64,000 nt of DNA from Thermoleophilia bacterium (GCA_040770645.1 JAXGIS010000002.1:165972-229971), one strand, 5' to 3'. Numbered from the stretch's first letter, positions 34,142-46,241 are shown. Notes: generated by a model from the letters alone, not told the origin. Translations and numbers: made by a program.

Positions 34142-34178
34142 GCGCCAGCGTCAGACAACGTTGGTTCCCGAAGGGCGG

Positions 34179-34595
34179 CTAAGCTAGGGTTTCGCGGAAG
34201 TACAGCGCTATTTCCCGCTCGGCGCTCTCCACGGAGTCCGAACCATGAACCACGTTCTCCCCCATGTCGAGAGCATAGTCACCCCGGATGGTTCCCGGAG
34301 CAGCCTTCAGTGGGTCGGTGGCACCGTTCATGTCACGCACTACCTGGACTGCAGCCAACCCTTCAACCACCATCGCCACTATGGGACCAGAAGTGATGAA
34401 AGCGACCAGTTCCCCGAAGAAAGGTTTGCCCACGTGCTCGGCGTAGTGCTCTTGAGCCAACTGCGTGTCCACCTGCAGCATCTTGAGAGCTGAGATGCGA
34501 AGGCCACGACGTTCATAGCGAGCGATGATCTCGCCGATGAGACCCCGCGCCACACCGTTCGGCTTGACTAGGACCAGCGTGCGTTCGACAGCCAC
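34179..34595 (-). CDS. ndk: Nucleoside diphosphate kinase
   Basis: [38 protein letters not shown]. Confidence 0.97.
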   Translation of the reverse strand: MAVERTLVLVKPNGVARGLIGEIIARYERRGLRISALKMLQVDTQLAQEHYAEHVGKPFFGELVAFITSGPIVAMVVEGLAAVQVVRDMNGATDPLKAAPGTIRGDYALDMGENVVHGSDSVESAEREIALYFRETLA

Positions 34596-34644
34596 GAAGC
34601 GCCTCCTGAAACGAAGAAATTGTGTGGGACGCCGCTGGGCTCGA

Positions 34645-35211
34645 TCAGAACTCGAGCAGTTGCGTCGATTCGCCGACAGCGGCATCCGGCGATGACGTGG
34701 AAGTACGAGCGCTCCCAGACTCATTGGCTCCGGCCGCCACCCCGGGGGACACCGGCCTCACCGCGGCATCACGGCCACAGTAGGGACACAGCTTCCACCA
34801 GTACTCGAGCGGCCGCCCACAATTCCCGCACGGCTCGCGCAGCGGCCTGCGGCATTTGGGGCAGGCCACGTACTCCTCGCGCACCGGTTCATGGCAGTTG
34901 GGACAAATGCGAAGGGCCCGCAGTTCCTGCTCCACGGCCAACATCTCCAACTCCCGCCCTCTCGCGTCAACAAGGTATTCGGAGGGGCGCAGCATCATGT
35001 ACACGAGCGTGCCGATGAACGGGAACACCAGCGATGTGGCCACGGCCACGAGCACGATCAGGGTATCGTCGATGCGCCGGCGGGCGTCTTTCAATGTCCA
35101 GAATACGAGGGCCAGCCACAAGACCGCCATCGACACCAGGAATACCTTCCACGCCACCCCCCAGAGAGGGGAGCTCAGGATCTGCCTGATGGTTTCAAAC
35201 GTGTTCTCCAC
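34645..35211 (-). CDS. Membrane protein with double zinc ribbon
   Basis: Two TM segments then CPNC, CPKC, CGNC, CPYC. Confidence 0.85.
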   Translation of the reverse strand: MENTFETIRQILSSPLWGVAWKVFLVSMAVLWLALVFWTLKDARRRIDDTLIVLVAVATSLVFPFIGTLVYMMLRPSEYLVDARGRELEMLAVEQELRALRICPNCHEPVREEYVACPKCRRPLREPCGNCGRPLEYWWKLCPYCGRDAAVRPVSPGVAAGANESGSARTSTSSPDAAVGESTQLLEF

Positions 35212-35233
35212 AACTCATCCTTGAGTCGGAACC

Positions 35234-35347
35234 TCAGATCAACAGCCTACCCAGAAGATATCCAACAGTGAAGAATACCACGGCGGTGATCAGCAACACG
35301 AGCGTGACCACAATCGCAGGATGCCTCTTGCCGCCCATGCGTGCCAT
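35234..35347 (-). CDS. Small single-pass membrane protein (34-37 aa), below ORF-track cutoff
   Basis: (MAR)MGGKRHPAIVVTLVLLITAVVFFTVGYLLGRLLI*; fills the folC-zinc ribbon gap co-directionally. Confidence 0.7.
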   Translation of the reverse strand: MARMGGKRHPAIVVTLVLLITAVVFFTVGYLLGRLLI

Positions 35348-35371
35348 GCCGGTCTCTTGCCGCCCCCGTGG

Positions 35372-36667
35372 CTACCGCCCCAATCCACGTTTGATATCGC
35401 CCACGAGGTAGAGAGAGCCTGTGACCAGAACCACTTGGTTCGACGACGCCAGCTTGTAAGCGCTCCTCAGAGCCGAACAGGGATCCTCGTCCACAAAGAC
35501 CTCCGGCCCCCTCTGGGGGGGCTCCACCAACTCCTCCACGATCTCAGCCAACGCCGCCGGGGGAAGAGCGCGCGGGTTCGAGCTCGCGGTCACAAAGAGA
35601 ATGTCACAGCGCGGCGCGAGTTCCGAGAGCATGGCCCTGGCGTCTTTGTCTTCCAGAATGGAGACTACGGCGATAATCCGGCAGCGAGGTAGGATCTCCT
35701 CGATGGAATCCATCAGAGCCGTAAGGCCGTGGAGATTGTGAGCGCCGTCCAGCAGACAGAGCGGCTTGTGACTCACCGCCTCCAGCCGGCCGGCCACCGT
35801 CACCTCGGCCAGTGCCAGACGCAGAGCGTGAACATCAAGCGGAGCATCGAGGAACAGCTCGGCGGCCCCCAGCGCCAAGGCCGCGTTATGCCTTTGGAAG
35901 AGACCCAGGGAACCCAGAGTCAGGTTGTCGTACGAATCGTGGAGACCAAAGACATCGAAGGGTGACTCCGGCGCGCCGGCCAAGATGGACACGTCTTCGT
36001 CGAGCAGGTGCAACTCAGCGCCCCTCTCCCGGCAGATGGCCTTGAGGCGGTCCCGCAATTCCGGTTGCAAAGATCCGGCCATCACTTTGCCTCCGGGAGG
36101 AATCACGGCTGCCTTCTCCTCCAAGATCTCCTCAAGCGTGTCCCCCAAGTAGTGCGTGTGCTCGAGGCCTACGCCCGTCAACACCTGCACCTCGGACCGG
36201 ATGACGGAGGTGGCATCAAGCCGCCCGCCCAGACCCGCTTCCACCACCGCCACGTCGCATCCTCTTCTCCGAAAGTGCTCGAAGGCGAGTGCCGTCAGGA
36301 ACTCAAACTGAGTGATGCGGTCGCCCGGTGGCCGGGCTTCGTTGACGGCCTCGGCCACGGGGCGAAGAGCGCCGACCAGTTCTGCATACTCCTGCTCCGT
36401 GCTCGGAACACCGTCGACCAACTGGCGTTCCGCGTACGACACGAGGTGGGGAGATATGTACGAGCCGACACGCAGGCCGTGTTCGTGCAGGATGGCTGAG
36501 AGAAAACGCGCGGTGGAGGTCTTGCCGTTGGTGCCCACCACGTGAATGGTACGATACGCCCTCTCTGGATGCCCCAGCGCCTCCGTCAGCGCCTGGATTC
36601 TCTCCAGTCCGAAGTGGAATCCCAGTTTTTCCAGTCGCTCGACGTACTCTTGCTCAGAATCATGCAT
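35372..36667 (-). CDS. folC: Folylpolyglutamate synthase/dihydrofolate synthase
   Basis: HVVGTNGKTST, SPHL, EAGLGGRLDAT, LDGAHN, VTGSLYLVG. Confidence 0.96.
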   Translation of the reverse strand: MHDSEQEYVERLEKLGFHFGLERIQALTEALGHPERAYRTIHVVGTNGKTSTARFLSAILHEHGLRVGSYISPHLVSYAERQLVDGVPSTEQEYAELVGALRPVAEAVNEARPPGDRITQFEFLTALAFEHFRRRGCDVAVVEAGLGGRLDATSVIRSEVQVLTGVGLEHTHYLGDTLEEILEEKAAVIPPGGKVMAGSLQPELRDRLKAICRERGAELHLLDEDVSILAGAPESPFDVFGLHDSYDNLTLGSLGLFQRHNAALALGAAELFLDAPLDVHALRLALAEVTVAGRLEAVSHKPLCLLDGAHNLHGLTALMDSIEEILPRCRIIAVVSILEDKDARAMLSELAPRCDILFVTASSNPRALPPAALAEIVEELVEPPQRGPEVFVDEDPCSALRSAYKLASSNQVVLVTGSLYLVGDIKRGLGR

Positions 36668-36670
36668 GTC

Positions 36671-39349
36671 TCACACCGGCAGTTCCTCGCCCACGCGCTC
36701 GCGATATTGTCGCTCCAGGTCCTCCAACGCCGCCTCCGCCACCGCCACCCGGCGACGCTCCTCTTCGACTATCTCCACAGGCGCCCTGGCCACAAAGGCC
36801 TCGTTGGCCAACTTGCCACGCGCCTTGTTCAGTTCTTGGCGCACCTTCCCGGCCCGCGCGAGTAGTCGGGTCTTCTCCTTCTCTGGATCAACGATCCCGC
36901 CGAGCGCGAGCAACGCCTTCACCCCGGCGCCGGGAGTAGGCAGGGTGGCGTAACGACCGGCGGGGACATCGGGCTCAGAGGCGACCACCCCCACACAGTC
37001 ACAACCCGATAGCTGCCTGAACGATGCCGCCTGTTGCACCACAGCCTCCGCCGCCACCGCGTCTGGTGAGACCAACCACACCTGACCCACCACGTCGCGC
37101 GGCAGCTCCAGTTCGTCGCGTGTAGACCGCAGTCCGGCCACCACAGTGGTGAATACTTCCATGGCCTTGACCGCCTCCGCATCCTCCCAGTTGGGGTCCG
37201 CCACAGGGAAGGGCGCATCGAAGAGGGCGGCCGGCCGCAGGCCGGCCGCCGCAATCTGCGGCAGATTCCTATAGATCTCCTCGGTCAGGAACGGCATGAG
37301 CGGATGCAACAGACCCAGCAAATGCTCCAAGAGATACAGCAGGTTACCCGCCACGGCGTGGCGCGCCGTTTCATCCTCACCGTAGAGCCTCGCCTTGGCG
37401 ATCTCTACGTACCAATCGCAGAACTCATTCCACACGAAGCGGTAGATGACGCGTGCCGCTTCCGCCAAGTCGAACGACTCGTAGAGCTGGGCCAGTTCGC
37501 CCGTCACGGCCGCCACCCGGCTGAACATCCATCTGTCTGCCGGGGTGGACAAAGTCACCGCCGGCGAGGCGCCTTCCGGCACCCCCTGAAGCACGAAGCG
37601 CGAGGCATTCCAGAACTTGTTGGCGAAGTTCCGGCCCAACTCAATACGCTCGCTGCTGAAACGCACATCCTGAGCGGACGACATGTACACCAACCCGAAA
37701 CGCGTGGCATCCGCCCCGTACTCAGTGATCAAATCCAGAGGATCAACACCCGTGCCCAGGCTCTTGCTCATACGTCGGCCGTCGGCCGCCATGATGGTGG
37801 GATGGATGATCACCTCACGGAAAGGAACATCTCCCGGGAATTCCAGGCCCATCATGATCATGCGGGCCACCCAAAGGTAGATGATGTCCCGGGCCGTGGA
37901 CAGCACCGAGGTAGGGTAGAATTTGGCCAACTCCGGCGTCTGGTTCGGCCACCCCAGCGTAGCGAACGGCCACAAAGCTGAACTGAACCAGGTATCCAGC
38001 ACATCCTCTTCCTGGCGAACACTGCCACCGCATGCCGGACACGCCTGAGGTTTGGCTTCCGTCACCAGGATCTCGTCACAGGCATCGCAATACCAGACCG
38101 GCAGGCGGTGTCCCCACCACAGTTGACGGCTGATGCACCAGGGCTTGAGACCGCGCATCCATTCCAGATAGACGCCGCCCCATCGCTCGGGCACGAAGCG
38201 CACACGGCCGTCTTCCACACAGGCGATGGCGGGCGCAGCCAAGCGCTTCATGTCCATGAACCACTGCAACGACAACAGCGGCTCTATCACGGTGCCGCAG
38301 CGATAACAATGCCCCACCTTGTGGGCGTAGTCCTCGGAACGGACAAAGAGCCCCTCATCCTCAAGCATAGATATAGACCGCTCACGCGCCTCATCCATGT
38401 CCAAGCCGGCCAGTTCCCCGGCCTCTTTCACCATGCGGCCGTCAGGAGTGATCACGGAGATGGATTCCAGGTTGTGTCGGATACCGATGTCGAAGTCGTC
38501 TGGGTCGTGGGCCGGCGTGATCTTCAGCGCTCCGGTGCCGAATTCGATATCCACGTGCTCATCCGCGATGATGGGAACCCAGCGGTCCGTCAGTGGCACC
38601 CGAGCCCGCCGCCCCACGAAACGCCCGTAACGCGGGTCTTTGGGGTTGACGGCCACAGCCGTGTCGCCCAGGATGGTCTCCGGCCGCGTGGTGGCCACCG
38701 TGAGGAACTCCTGCTCCTCGCCTTCCACCGGATAGCGGACGTAGTAGAGTTGGTCTTTGCGCTCGAAGTGCTCCACCTCAAGATCGGAGATGGCGGAGCC
38801 ACACCGCGTGCACCAGTTCACCAGGTACACGTCGCGATAGATGTCGCCCTTGCGATAGAGATCAACAAACACTTTGGCCCAGCCCGTTGGTATTCCTGGT
38901 CCATGGTGAAACGTTCCCGTTCGTAATCACACGAACATCCCAGGCTCTTCAGCTGATGGATGATGGTGGATCCGTAGAGACGCCTCCTCCCACACCCGCT
39001 CCTCAAAAGCCTCCCTGCCCAGGTCGTGGCGAGTCAGTCCCTCCTCAGCGATCTGCTGCTCCACCTTGTTCTGGGTGGCGATCCCGGCATGATCTGTCCC
39101 CACCAGCCACAGAGTGTTATGGCCCAGCTTGTGGTGGTAGCGGATCAGGACGTCCTGAATGGTGGAATTGAGAGCGTGACCCATGTGGAGAGAACCGGTC
39201 ACATTGGGGGGAGGGATGACTATGGAATAGGTCGGCCGTCCATCGTCGACCTCAGCATGGAACGCTGAGCGTTCCAACCACTCGCCCATCAACCTCTCTT
39301 CGACCTCGGCGGGTGAGTACCGCGCGGCCATGCTCACCTCGGCCACCAC
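36671..39349 (-). CDS. valS: Valine--tRNA ligase (indels near 38880-38990)
   Basis: [52 protein letters not shown]. Confidence 0.97.
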
Positions 39350-41838
39350 TCCTCCTCTTTGTCCTCCGTCAGCAGCACATGAGGCAGAACCTCAGGGAAA
39401 CTGCCGACGTACACGAACTCCAGTCCTCTCTTCAGTTCCGCGGGGAGTTCGGCCACATGGGGCCTGACCTCCTCGGGAAGAATAACCTTCTCCACTCCCT
39501 CGCGCAGGGCGGCCAGCAGCTTCTCCTTCAGGCCCCCCACCGGTAGGATCTGACCCGTCAGTGTGATCTCGCCCGAGAGGGCCACCCGCGGCGCCACCGG
39601 GAAGAAGGTCAGTGCAGACAGCAGCGCCACCGCCACCGCTATCCCCGCCGATGGGCCCTCTTTGGGCACGGCGCCCTCGGGTATGTGCACACGCACTTCC
39701 ACCGCGCTCAGAAGATCATGGTCCGTAGGCCCACGGTCGGGTACTTCCGCCGTGTCGGCGCCCCGGCCGGTGCCGCTCTCGTCTTCCTGCTCCGACGGCT
39801 CTATGCCCTGGTCCGAGCTGGGGAGACTCACTACCAGGTAGGCGCGGCCCACCGAGACGTTCCAGATGGCATTGAGCACCTCGTCTCTGGCGATGGCGGT
39901 CTTCAGGTAACCCCAAGCCGCCGTAACGCTCTCCTGCATGACATCACCCAACTGACCGGTGACGTGGAAGTCGCCTTTGCCGGGAGACACCACGCACTCG
40001 ATGCGCAGCACGTCCCCCCCGGCACCCGTGTAAGCCAAGCCCACGCTGACACCCACCCGAGGGTCCTGCTCCAAACGAGCCCGCAGGAAGACCGGGGATC
40101 CCAAATACTTCTCCAGCCCCTTCGGAGCAAGCCGCCGGGGTAGGGCCCTGCCCTCCAGCTTCTCCCGCGCGAGCTTCCTGTAGATCTTCTCAATGGAGCG
40201 CGCCAGTTCCCTTACTCCCGCCTCACGCGTATAACAGCGGATGATGGTCCGCAACCCGGCTGGGGTTAGAACATCCCCCACCTCCGAGAGGCCGTCATCT
40301 CCCACGATGCGTGGAATCAGATACCGACGTGCGATCTCTTCCTTCTCATGATCCGTGTACCCCGGCAAACGCAGTACTTCCAATCGATCGTGCAGCGTCT
40401 CCGGGATATCCTCCTCGTAGTTGGCCGTGGCCAGGAACAGCACCTTCGAAAGATCGTAATCGAGCTCGAGGTAGGTATCTCGAAAGGCGTGGTTCTGAAC
40501 CGGGTCCAGCACCTCCATCAAAGCGGCCGAGGGGTCTCCACGCCAGTCGGCCGTCATCTTGTCTATCTCGTCCAACACGATCACAGGATCATCCACACCG
40601 GCGCGCTTGATGGCGTCGATGATGCGCCCGGGCATGGCTCCCACGTAGGTTCTGCGGTGACCTCGGATCTCGGCCTCATCCCGCACCCCACCCAAGCTGA
40701 TGCGCTGGAGCGGCCTACCCAACCCCCGCGCGATCGCCAAAGCCACGGATGTCTTGCCCACGCCCGGTGGGCCCACGAAGCACAGCGTAGTGTTCGGCGG
40801 AGCCCCCCCACGCAACCGAGTCACGGCCAGATACTCCACCACTCTATCCTTGACATCCCGCAGGCCGTAATGTGTTTCGTCCAAAACCCGCGCCACCGCC
40901 GCGATATCAGGCTCGCCCGCTCCGGAGAGGGCGCCCCACGGCAATCCCAACGCGTGGTCCAGATAGGTCTTGGCCACAGCCACCTCTGCCGAGAAGGGCT
41001 GCAGCTCGCCCAACCTGTGGATCTCTTTCTCGAGTAGACCCGCAGCCTGCACAGGCAGATTCTTCTCCCGCAGCGCCTTCGTGTACGTGGCCTGTTCCCC
41101 GGACTCCTCTTCCTCCTTCTCCAGTTCTTCACGCAGCACTTTGAGACGTTCGCGCAGGAAGGCCTGACGCTGGTGCCGGCTCATGTTTTCCTGCACGCGC
41201 TGGAAGATGTTCTGTTCGATGTCGAGGAACTCGTTCTCCTGAATGAGGATCTCCAGCACACGCAGCAACCGTGCCTGCACATCCTCGCCTTCCAACAACT
41301 CCTGCTTACGGTCAACGCCTATGACGAGATGTGACGCCACCACGTCGGCCACTTGGTCGGGATCGCTTATGGCGTCAAGAGCGGTCTCCGCCTCCTCGGG
41401 CAGTTCGGGCGAGTCCAACACGTACGCGGCGAACTCGCGCGCCACTGCGTCCACCAGTGCCCGCAGATGCGACCGGTGGCGCGGCCGCTTGGCCTGGAGT
41501 GGCCGATAGCGCGTCAGCAGGTAGGGAAAGACCTGGTCGAACCCTTCCAACATCACCCGTGTCTGACCCTCAACCAAAGCCTTAATAGAACCGTCGGTCA
41601 GACGGAAGAACTGCACCACCTTGGCAAGCGTAGCCACACGCGAGATCTCATCCGGCTGGGGCTCGTCGCCGGCAGAGGCTTGATGTAGAGCCAAGATCAA
41701 TAGGCCACCGCCCTGGTGCGCCTGCTCGAGCGCTCGGATGGATTGATCCCGCCCCGCGTACAGGGGCGCCACCATCTTGGGAAAGAGAACCAGATCTCGG
41801 GTGGTGAGCAGAGGCAGCGGACGCTGCGTATTGGGCAT
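39334..41838 (-). CDS. lon: Lon protease (LonA type)
   Basis: Lon N domain, [49 protein letters not shown]. Confidence 0.97.
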   Translation of the reverse strand: MPNTQRPLPLLTTRDLVLFPKMVAPLYAGRDQSIRALEQAHQGGGLLILALHQASAGDEPQPDEISRVATLAKVVQFFRLTDGSIKALVEGQTRVMLEGFDQVFPYLLTRYRPLQAKRPRHRSHLRALVDAVAREFAAYVLDSPELPEEAETALDAISDPDQVADVVASHLVIGVDRKQELLEGEDVQARLLRVLEILIQENEFLDIEQNIFQRVQENMSRHQRQAFLRERLKVLREELEKEEEESGEQATYTKALREKNLPVQAAGLLEKEIHRLGELQPFSAEVAVAKTYLDHALGLPWGALSGAGEPDIAAVARVLDETHYGLRDVKDRVVEYLAVTRLRGGAPPNTTLCFVGPPGVGKTSVALAIARGLGRPLQRISLGGVRDEAEIRGHRRTYVGAMPGRIIDAIKRAGVDDPVIVLDEIDKMTADWRGDPSAALMEVLDPVQNHAFRDTYLELDYDLSKVLFLATANYEEDIPETLHDRLEVLRLPGYTDHEKEEIARRYLIPRIVGDDGLSEVGDVLTPAGLRTIIRCYTREAGVRELARSIEKIYRKLAREKLEGRALPRRLAPKGLEKYLGSPVFLRARLEQDPRVGVSVGLAYTGAGGDVLRIECVVSPGKGDFHVTGQLGDVMQESVTAAWGYLKTAIARDEVLNAIWNVSVGRAYLVVSLPSSDQGIEPSEQEDESGTGRGADTAEVPDRGPTDHDLLSAVEVRVHIPEGAVPKEGPSAGIAVAVALLSALTFFPVAPRVALSGEITLTGQILPVGGLKEKLLAALREGVEKVILPEEVRPHVAELPAELKRGLEFVYVGSFPEVLPHVLLTEDKEEEWWPR

Positions 41839-41850
41839 GCCGGCTCCCGG

Positions 41851-43115
41851 CTAGGCCGACTCCTCAGCCAAATCCAGGTCCTCAGGCGCAGTGCTGGTGA
41901 CCAACGTGGGCTCGATCCTGCGTTCGATCACTTCACGGGTGACCACGCACTTAGAGACGTCACGGCGGCTGGGGAGATCGAACATGGTGTTGAGCAGAGC
42001 CCCCTCGATGATGGAGCGAAGGCCACGGGCCCCGGTCTCCAACTTCTGAGACTGGTTGGCGATGGCTTCCATGGCTTCCTTCTGGAAAATGAGCTCGACC
42101 CCGTCGAAGGAGAAGAACTTCTTGTACTGCCGCACCAGCGAGTTCTTGGGTTCGGTGAGGATGGCCACGAGATCGTCCCGCGACAGTTGATGGACGTGAC
42201 AAACCACCGGCAGACGACCGATGAACTCGGGGATGAGCCCGTATTCCAGCAGGTCCTCGGGGAGCACCTGGGAGAACAGTTCGCCCACGTCTCGCTGCAC
42301 CTTGCTCTCGATGTCGGCCGCGAATCCCACTCCTTGCGGCCGATGCGACGTTCGATGATCTTGTCCAAACCGGCGAAAGCGCGCCGCAGATGAATAGGAT
42401 GTTGGTGGTATCAATGGTAAGGAACTCTTGATGCGGGTGCTTGCGACCTCCCTGAGGCGGCACGCTGGCCGTGGTCCCCTCCAAGATCTTGAGCAGCGCT
42501 GCTGCACACCCTCCCCGATACGTCTCGAGTGATCGAGGGATTGTCCGCCTTGCGGGCGATCTTATCGACCTCGTCCACATATATGATGCCCGTCTCGGCC
42601 TTCTTGACATCGAAGTCGGCGGCCTGAATCAGCTTCAACAGGATATTCTCCACATCCTCGCCCACGTAACCCGCTTCGGTGAGGGCCGTAGCGTCCGCGA
42701 TGGCAAAAGGCACGTTGAGACAACGCGCCAGAGTCTGGGCTAGAAGGGTTTTCCCGCAACCGGTGGGACCAACCATCAGCACATTGGACTTCTGCAGTTC
42801 CACATCCGGATCACCCGCCGTCATCTGCACCCGTTTGTAGTGGTTGTAGACGGCGACGGACAGAATCCGCTTGGCTTCTTCTTGACCGATGACGTAGTCC
42901 GACAGCACCTGATATATCTCCCGCGGCTTGGGAAGAGTCTCCAAGTCGAGAGTGGCGGGTACCGTCAGTTCTTCATCGATGATCTCGTTGCAGAGGTCGA
43001 TACACTCATCGCAAATGTAGACACCAGGGCCCGCGATCAGTTTCTTGACCTGGCGTTGACTCTTGCCGCAGAAGCTGCACAACAGCTGCTCCGAACCGCC
43101 GGTGGTTTTGGGCAA
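41851..43115 (-). CDS. clpX: ATP-dependent Clp protease ATP-binding subunit ClpX (indels 42330-42510)
   Basis: CSFCGKSQ zinc finger, [43 protein letters not shown]. Confidence 0.97.
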
Positions 43116-43160
43116 TGTCGCCTCCCTGGCCGGTGACTCTACCGCCTACGCGCGAGCGCC

Positions 43161-43745
43161 CTAGCGGTGCTCGATGATCTTGTCGATGATGCCATACTCC
43201 AGCGCTTCGGTGGCGGAGAGGAAGTAGTCACGCTCCGTGTCCTTCTCCACCTTGTCGAGCGGCTGGTTGGTGTGCTTGGCCAGAATCTCGTCGAGCTTCT
43301 TCCGAAGGCTCAGCGCTTCCCGAGCGTGGATCTCGATATCACTGGCCGGGCCTCGGAAGCCACCCGACAGCTGGTGGATGAGTATCTTGGAGTTGGGCAG
43401 CGCCAGACGCTTGCCCGGCGCACCCGCCCCCAACAGCAGGGCTCCCATGGACATGGCCACGCCCACGCAGATGGTGGACACATCTGGTTTGATGAACTGC
43501 ATGGTGTCGTAGACGGCAAGTCCGGCGTAGACGCTGCCACCCGGGCTGTTGATGTACAGCGCAATATCCTTGTCGGGATCCTCCGATTCCAGATGCAGGA
43601 GCTGTGCGATGGTCAGGTTGGCCACCTGATCGTTGATAGGAGTACCCAGGAAGATGATGCGCTCATTGAGCAGGCGCGAGTAGATATCGAACGCGCGTTC
43701 ACCGCGACTGGTCTGCTCAACTACCATGGGGATCAGTGGGCTCAC
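43161..43745 (-). CDS. clpP: ATP-dependent Clp protease proteolytic subunit
   Basis: [30 protein letters not shown]. Confidence 0.98.
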   Translation of the reverse strand: MSPLIPMVVEQTSRGERAFDIYSRLLNERIIFLGTPINDQVANLTIAQLLHLESEDPDKDIALYINSPGGSVYAGLAVYDTMQFIKPDVSTICVGVAMSMGALLLGAGAPGKRLALPNSKILIHQLSGGFRGPASDIEIHAREALSLRKKLDEILAKHTNQPLDKVEKDTERDYFLSATEALEYGIIDKIIEHR

Positions 43746-43781
43746 GTGTTCCTCCTCAAACCATCGGCCAGACGACGGTCA

Positions 43782-45176
43782 TCACGACTCGGGGGAGACT
43801 GCCGCAGACTCGTCGTCCGCAGCGCCAGTCACCTCCGCCTCGCCACCCTCAGAAACCGCCGGTTCTGACGGCTCCGTCGGTTCCACCGGCACCGCCGCCC
43901 CTTCCACCAGATCGGCGGCTTTGTCGCGCAACAGGTTCTGCCGTATCGATCGAATTCTACCAGACCTCTCGAGCTGCTCCCGGAGAACCCCGGGTTCCAC
44001 CTTCCCGGCAGTGGCGAGCGGAGCGATCACTGCCGCGATATCGTCTTCCGACACCTCCAGTTGCTCCTCGGCGGCGATGGCGTCAAGAACCAATCCGGTC
44101 TTAACGAGGTTCTCGGCCTGGGGGCGCGATTCCTGCATGAGCCCCTGCAGGTTCTCTTCATTGGCCTTGACGAAGGCCCTTACATCAACACCCCGCGCCT
44201 CCAGCGAACGCAGGTAGTCATCCATCATGGCTTCCAGCTGACGGGCCACGAGAACCTCGGGCAAATCCACGGTGGCGTTATCCACCACGGCCTGCACCAC
44301 AGCATTGCGGAATCGGCTGCGAGCGGCCGACTCCTTACCACTCTGCAGCTTGCGACGCACGTCCACGCGCAATTCCAGGAGGGTGGCGAACTCACTCACG
44401 TCTTTGGCGAACTCGTCGTTGAGAGCGGGAAGGATCTTCTCCTTTGTCTCCTTCACAGTGGTGGCGAATACCACGGCTTTGCCCGCCACTTCAGCATCGC
44501 GCCAGTCCTCGGGGAAAGAGACGGTTATCTCCTTCTCCGTCCCGGCAACCATGCCCAGGATGCCCTCCTCGAGCTCAGGTAAGATCCGACCAGAACCCAC
44601 CTCGAGCACGTAGTCCTCCGCGCTCAACCCGTCTACCGGCTCACCCTCCATTGTCCCCTTGAAGTCTAGGGTGACAAAATGCCCCTTGGCCACAGGCTGG
44701 TCGCCAACGGGGCGAAGGCTCGCGAACTCCTCCCGCAGCCTGTCAATCTGATAGTCGACCTCGGTATCGGCCACCTCGACCGTCTCCCGTGGCGCCTCCA
44801 CACCTCTGTACTGGCCCAGTTGCGGCTTGGGGAGGAGTTGAACCGTGATGTGGAACGAGAAAGGCTCCCCCTTTGCGGGCGCGATGTCGAAGCTGGCCGG
44901 CTCGAGCACATCGATTGCCTCCACCCCCGAATCAGCCACTGCCTGCTCAGACCACTCAGGTAGTCTGTCGTCAAGCATCTGCGCGGTAACGGTCTCCATG
45001 CCGACCCGCTGCACCAGTAGCGCAACCGGGACCCGACCCTTGCGAAAACCCGGCAGGCGAACCTCCTTGGCGAGTTTGGCCAAAGTGGCATCGAGGCTCC
45101 GGCTCACTTCCTCGGCCGGCACCTCCACATCGAGGCGCGCAGCGTTGGTTTCCTGCTCGGTCACGGTTGTCTTCAC
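43782..45176 (-). CDS. tig: Trigger factor
   Basis: LPGFRKGRVP ribosome-binding motif, FKBP domain, LNDEFAK. Confidence 0.96.
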   Translation of the reverse strand: MKTTVTEQETNAARLDVEVPAEEVSRSLDATLAKLAKEVRLPGFRKGRVPVALLVQRVGMETVTAQMLDDRLPEWSEQAVADSGVEAIDVLEPASFDIAPAKGEPFSFHITVQLLPKPQLGQYRGVEAPRETVEVADTEVDYQIDRLREEFASLRPVGDQPVAKGHFVTLDFKGTMEGEPVDGLSAEDYVLEVGSGRILPELEEGILGMVAGTEKEITVSFPEDWRDAEVAGKAVVFATTVKETKEKILPALNDEFAKDVSEFATLLELRVDVRRKLQSGKESAARSRFRNAVVQAVVDNATVDLPEVLVARQLEAMMDDYLRSLEARGVDVRAFVKANEENLQGLMQESRPQAENLVKTGLVLDAIAAEEQLEVSEDDIAAVIAPLATAGKVEPGVLREQLERSGRIRSIRQNLLRDKAADLVEGAAVPVEPTEPSEPAVSEGGEAEVTGAADDESAAVSPES

Positions 45177-45232
45177 GGTCTTCCTTTCCCTGCGTTACGT
45201 GTCCCGGCATCCGTTGTGCAGCACGAAAGAGA

Positions 45233-45312
45233 TGCGGGTGAGAGGACTCGAACCTCCACGTCAAAGACACATGCTCCTAAGGCATGCGCGTCTGCCATTC
45301 CGCCACACCCGC
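45233..45312 (-). tRNA. tRNA-Leu(TAG)
   Basis: GCGGGTG/CACCCGC acceptor stem, CATGC-CTTAGGA-GCATG anticodon arm, long variable arm, GGTTCGAGT T-loop. Confidence 0.95.
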
Positions 45313-45322
45313 ACGCGATGCC

Positions 45323-45356
45323 GAGGCGGGGCGGGCCGTACGGCCCGCGCCGCCTC
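45323..45356. repeat. GC-rich hairpin in the tRNA-His/tRNA-Leu spacer
   Basis: GAGGCGG-G-GCGGGCCG-TA-CGGCCCGC-G-CCGCCTC. Confidence 0.7.
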
Positions 45357-45362
45357 ACAAGG

Positions 45363-45436
45363 GGTGAACGAGGGGACTTGAACCCCCGACCGCTGGGGCC
45401 ACAACCCAGTGCTCTGCCAACTGAGCTACGTTCACC
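45363..45436 (-). tRNA. tRNA-His(GTG)
   Basis: G-1 + GTGAACG acceptor, anticodon loop TTGTGGC, GGTTCAAGT. Confidence 0.95.
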
Positions 45437-45482
45437 ATGCCCGGCACAAAAACCCATGCGGCGAGTACCGCCTCATAAGAGG

Positions 45483-45556
45483 CGCGCCTGGGAGGATTCG
45501 AACCTCCGGCCCACGGATTAGAAGTCCGTTGCTCTATCCGGCTGAGCTACAGGCGC
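45483..45556 (-). tRNA. tRNA-Arg(TCT)
   Basis: GCGCCTG/CAGGCGC stem, loop CTTCTAA, GGTTCGAAT. Confidence 0.95.
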
Positions 45557-45592
45557 CTGCAAATCGGCCGGTGCCCCAATCCGAGGCCAAAG

Positions 45593-45665
45593 AGCGGGCG
45601 ACGGGATTCGAACCCGCGACAAACGGCTTGGAAGGCCGATGCTCTGCCAACTGAGCTACGCCCGC
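45593..45665 (-). tRNA. tRNA-Gly(TCC)
   Basis: GCGGGCG/CGCCCGC stem, loop CTTCCAA, U discriminator. Confidence 0.95.
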
Positions 45666-45700
45666 CTGCGCCGTCTCTCGTCTCGCCGCTACACCCTAGG

Positions 45701-45775
45701 TCGGGACGAGAGGATTTGAACCTCCGACCCTCTGCTCCCAAAGCAGATGCGCTACCAGGCTGCGCCACGTTCCCG
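45701..45775 (-). tRNA. tRNA-Pro(TGG)
   Basis: TGGCGCAGCCTGGTAGCGCA D-arm, loop TTTGGGA, GGTTCAAAT; 5' acceptor strand has one extra A. Confidence 0.9.
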
Positions 45776-45920
45776 ACGCCCGACCGCGCCGCCATCGGCC
45801 GACTTAGTATAGCGTATCTACACGTTTTCTTTCCTGGAATGAGGGTATCGATGAATACACATTACGCCCAGGCGGCGGGGCGCCTGGAACGGCGGCAAAC
45901 CGGCGAAGGAGGGACCAGCA

Positions 45921-46154
45921 ATGGTACGGGCATACGTTCTCATCAAGGTCGAATCCGGCAAAACCCGGGACATCCTTGAACAACTACGGCAACTGCCGGG
46001 CGTGGAGAGAGCCGACTCCGTAACCGGCCCCACCGATCTCGTGATGCTGGTCAACGCTGATGACCCACGGGCACTCGCCGACCTCATCTTCCGCTCAGTG
46101 CAGACCATGCAGGGGGTGAAGGAGACCGACACCAGAATCGTGGTGGAAGGCTGA
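45921..46154 (+). CDS. Stand-alone Lrp/AsnC ligand-binding (RAM) domain protein
   Basis: MVRAYVLIKVESGK...VTGPTDLV...GVKETDTRIV; SD GGAGG. Confidence 0.9.
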   Translation: MVRAYVLIKVESGKTRDILEQLRQLPGVERADSVTGPTDLVMLVNADDPRALADLIFRSVQTMQGVKETDTRIVVEG

Positions 46155-46241
46155 TAGAATACTCGCCCACGGCATTCGACCTTCCGGAGGTAACGGGGAG
46201 CGTCGGGCGCCTGCAGTGTGCGGGCCCACGAGACGGACGGG

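Noticed and set aside
39700-39900. Intein in Lon
   Set aside because: Too short and no Cys/Ser start or His-Asn end motifs
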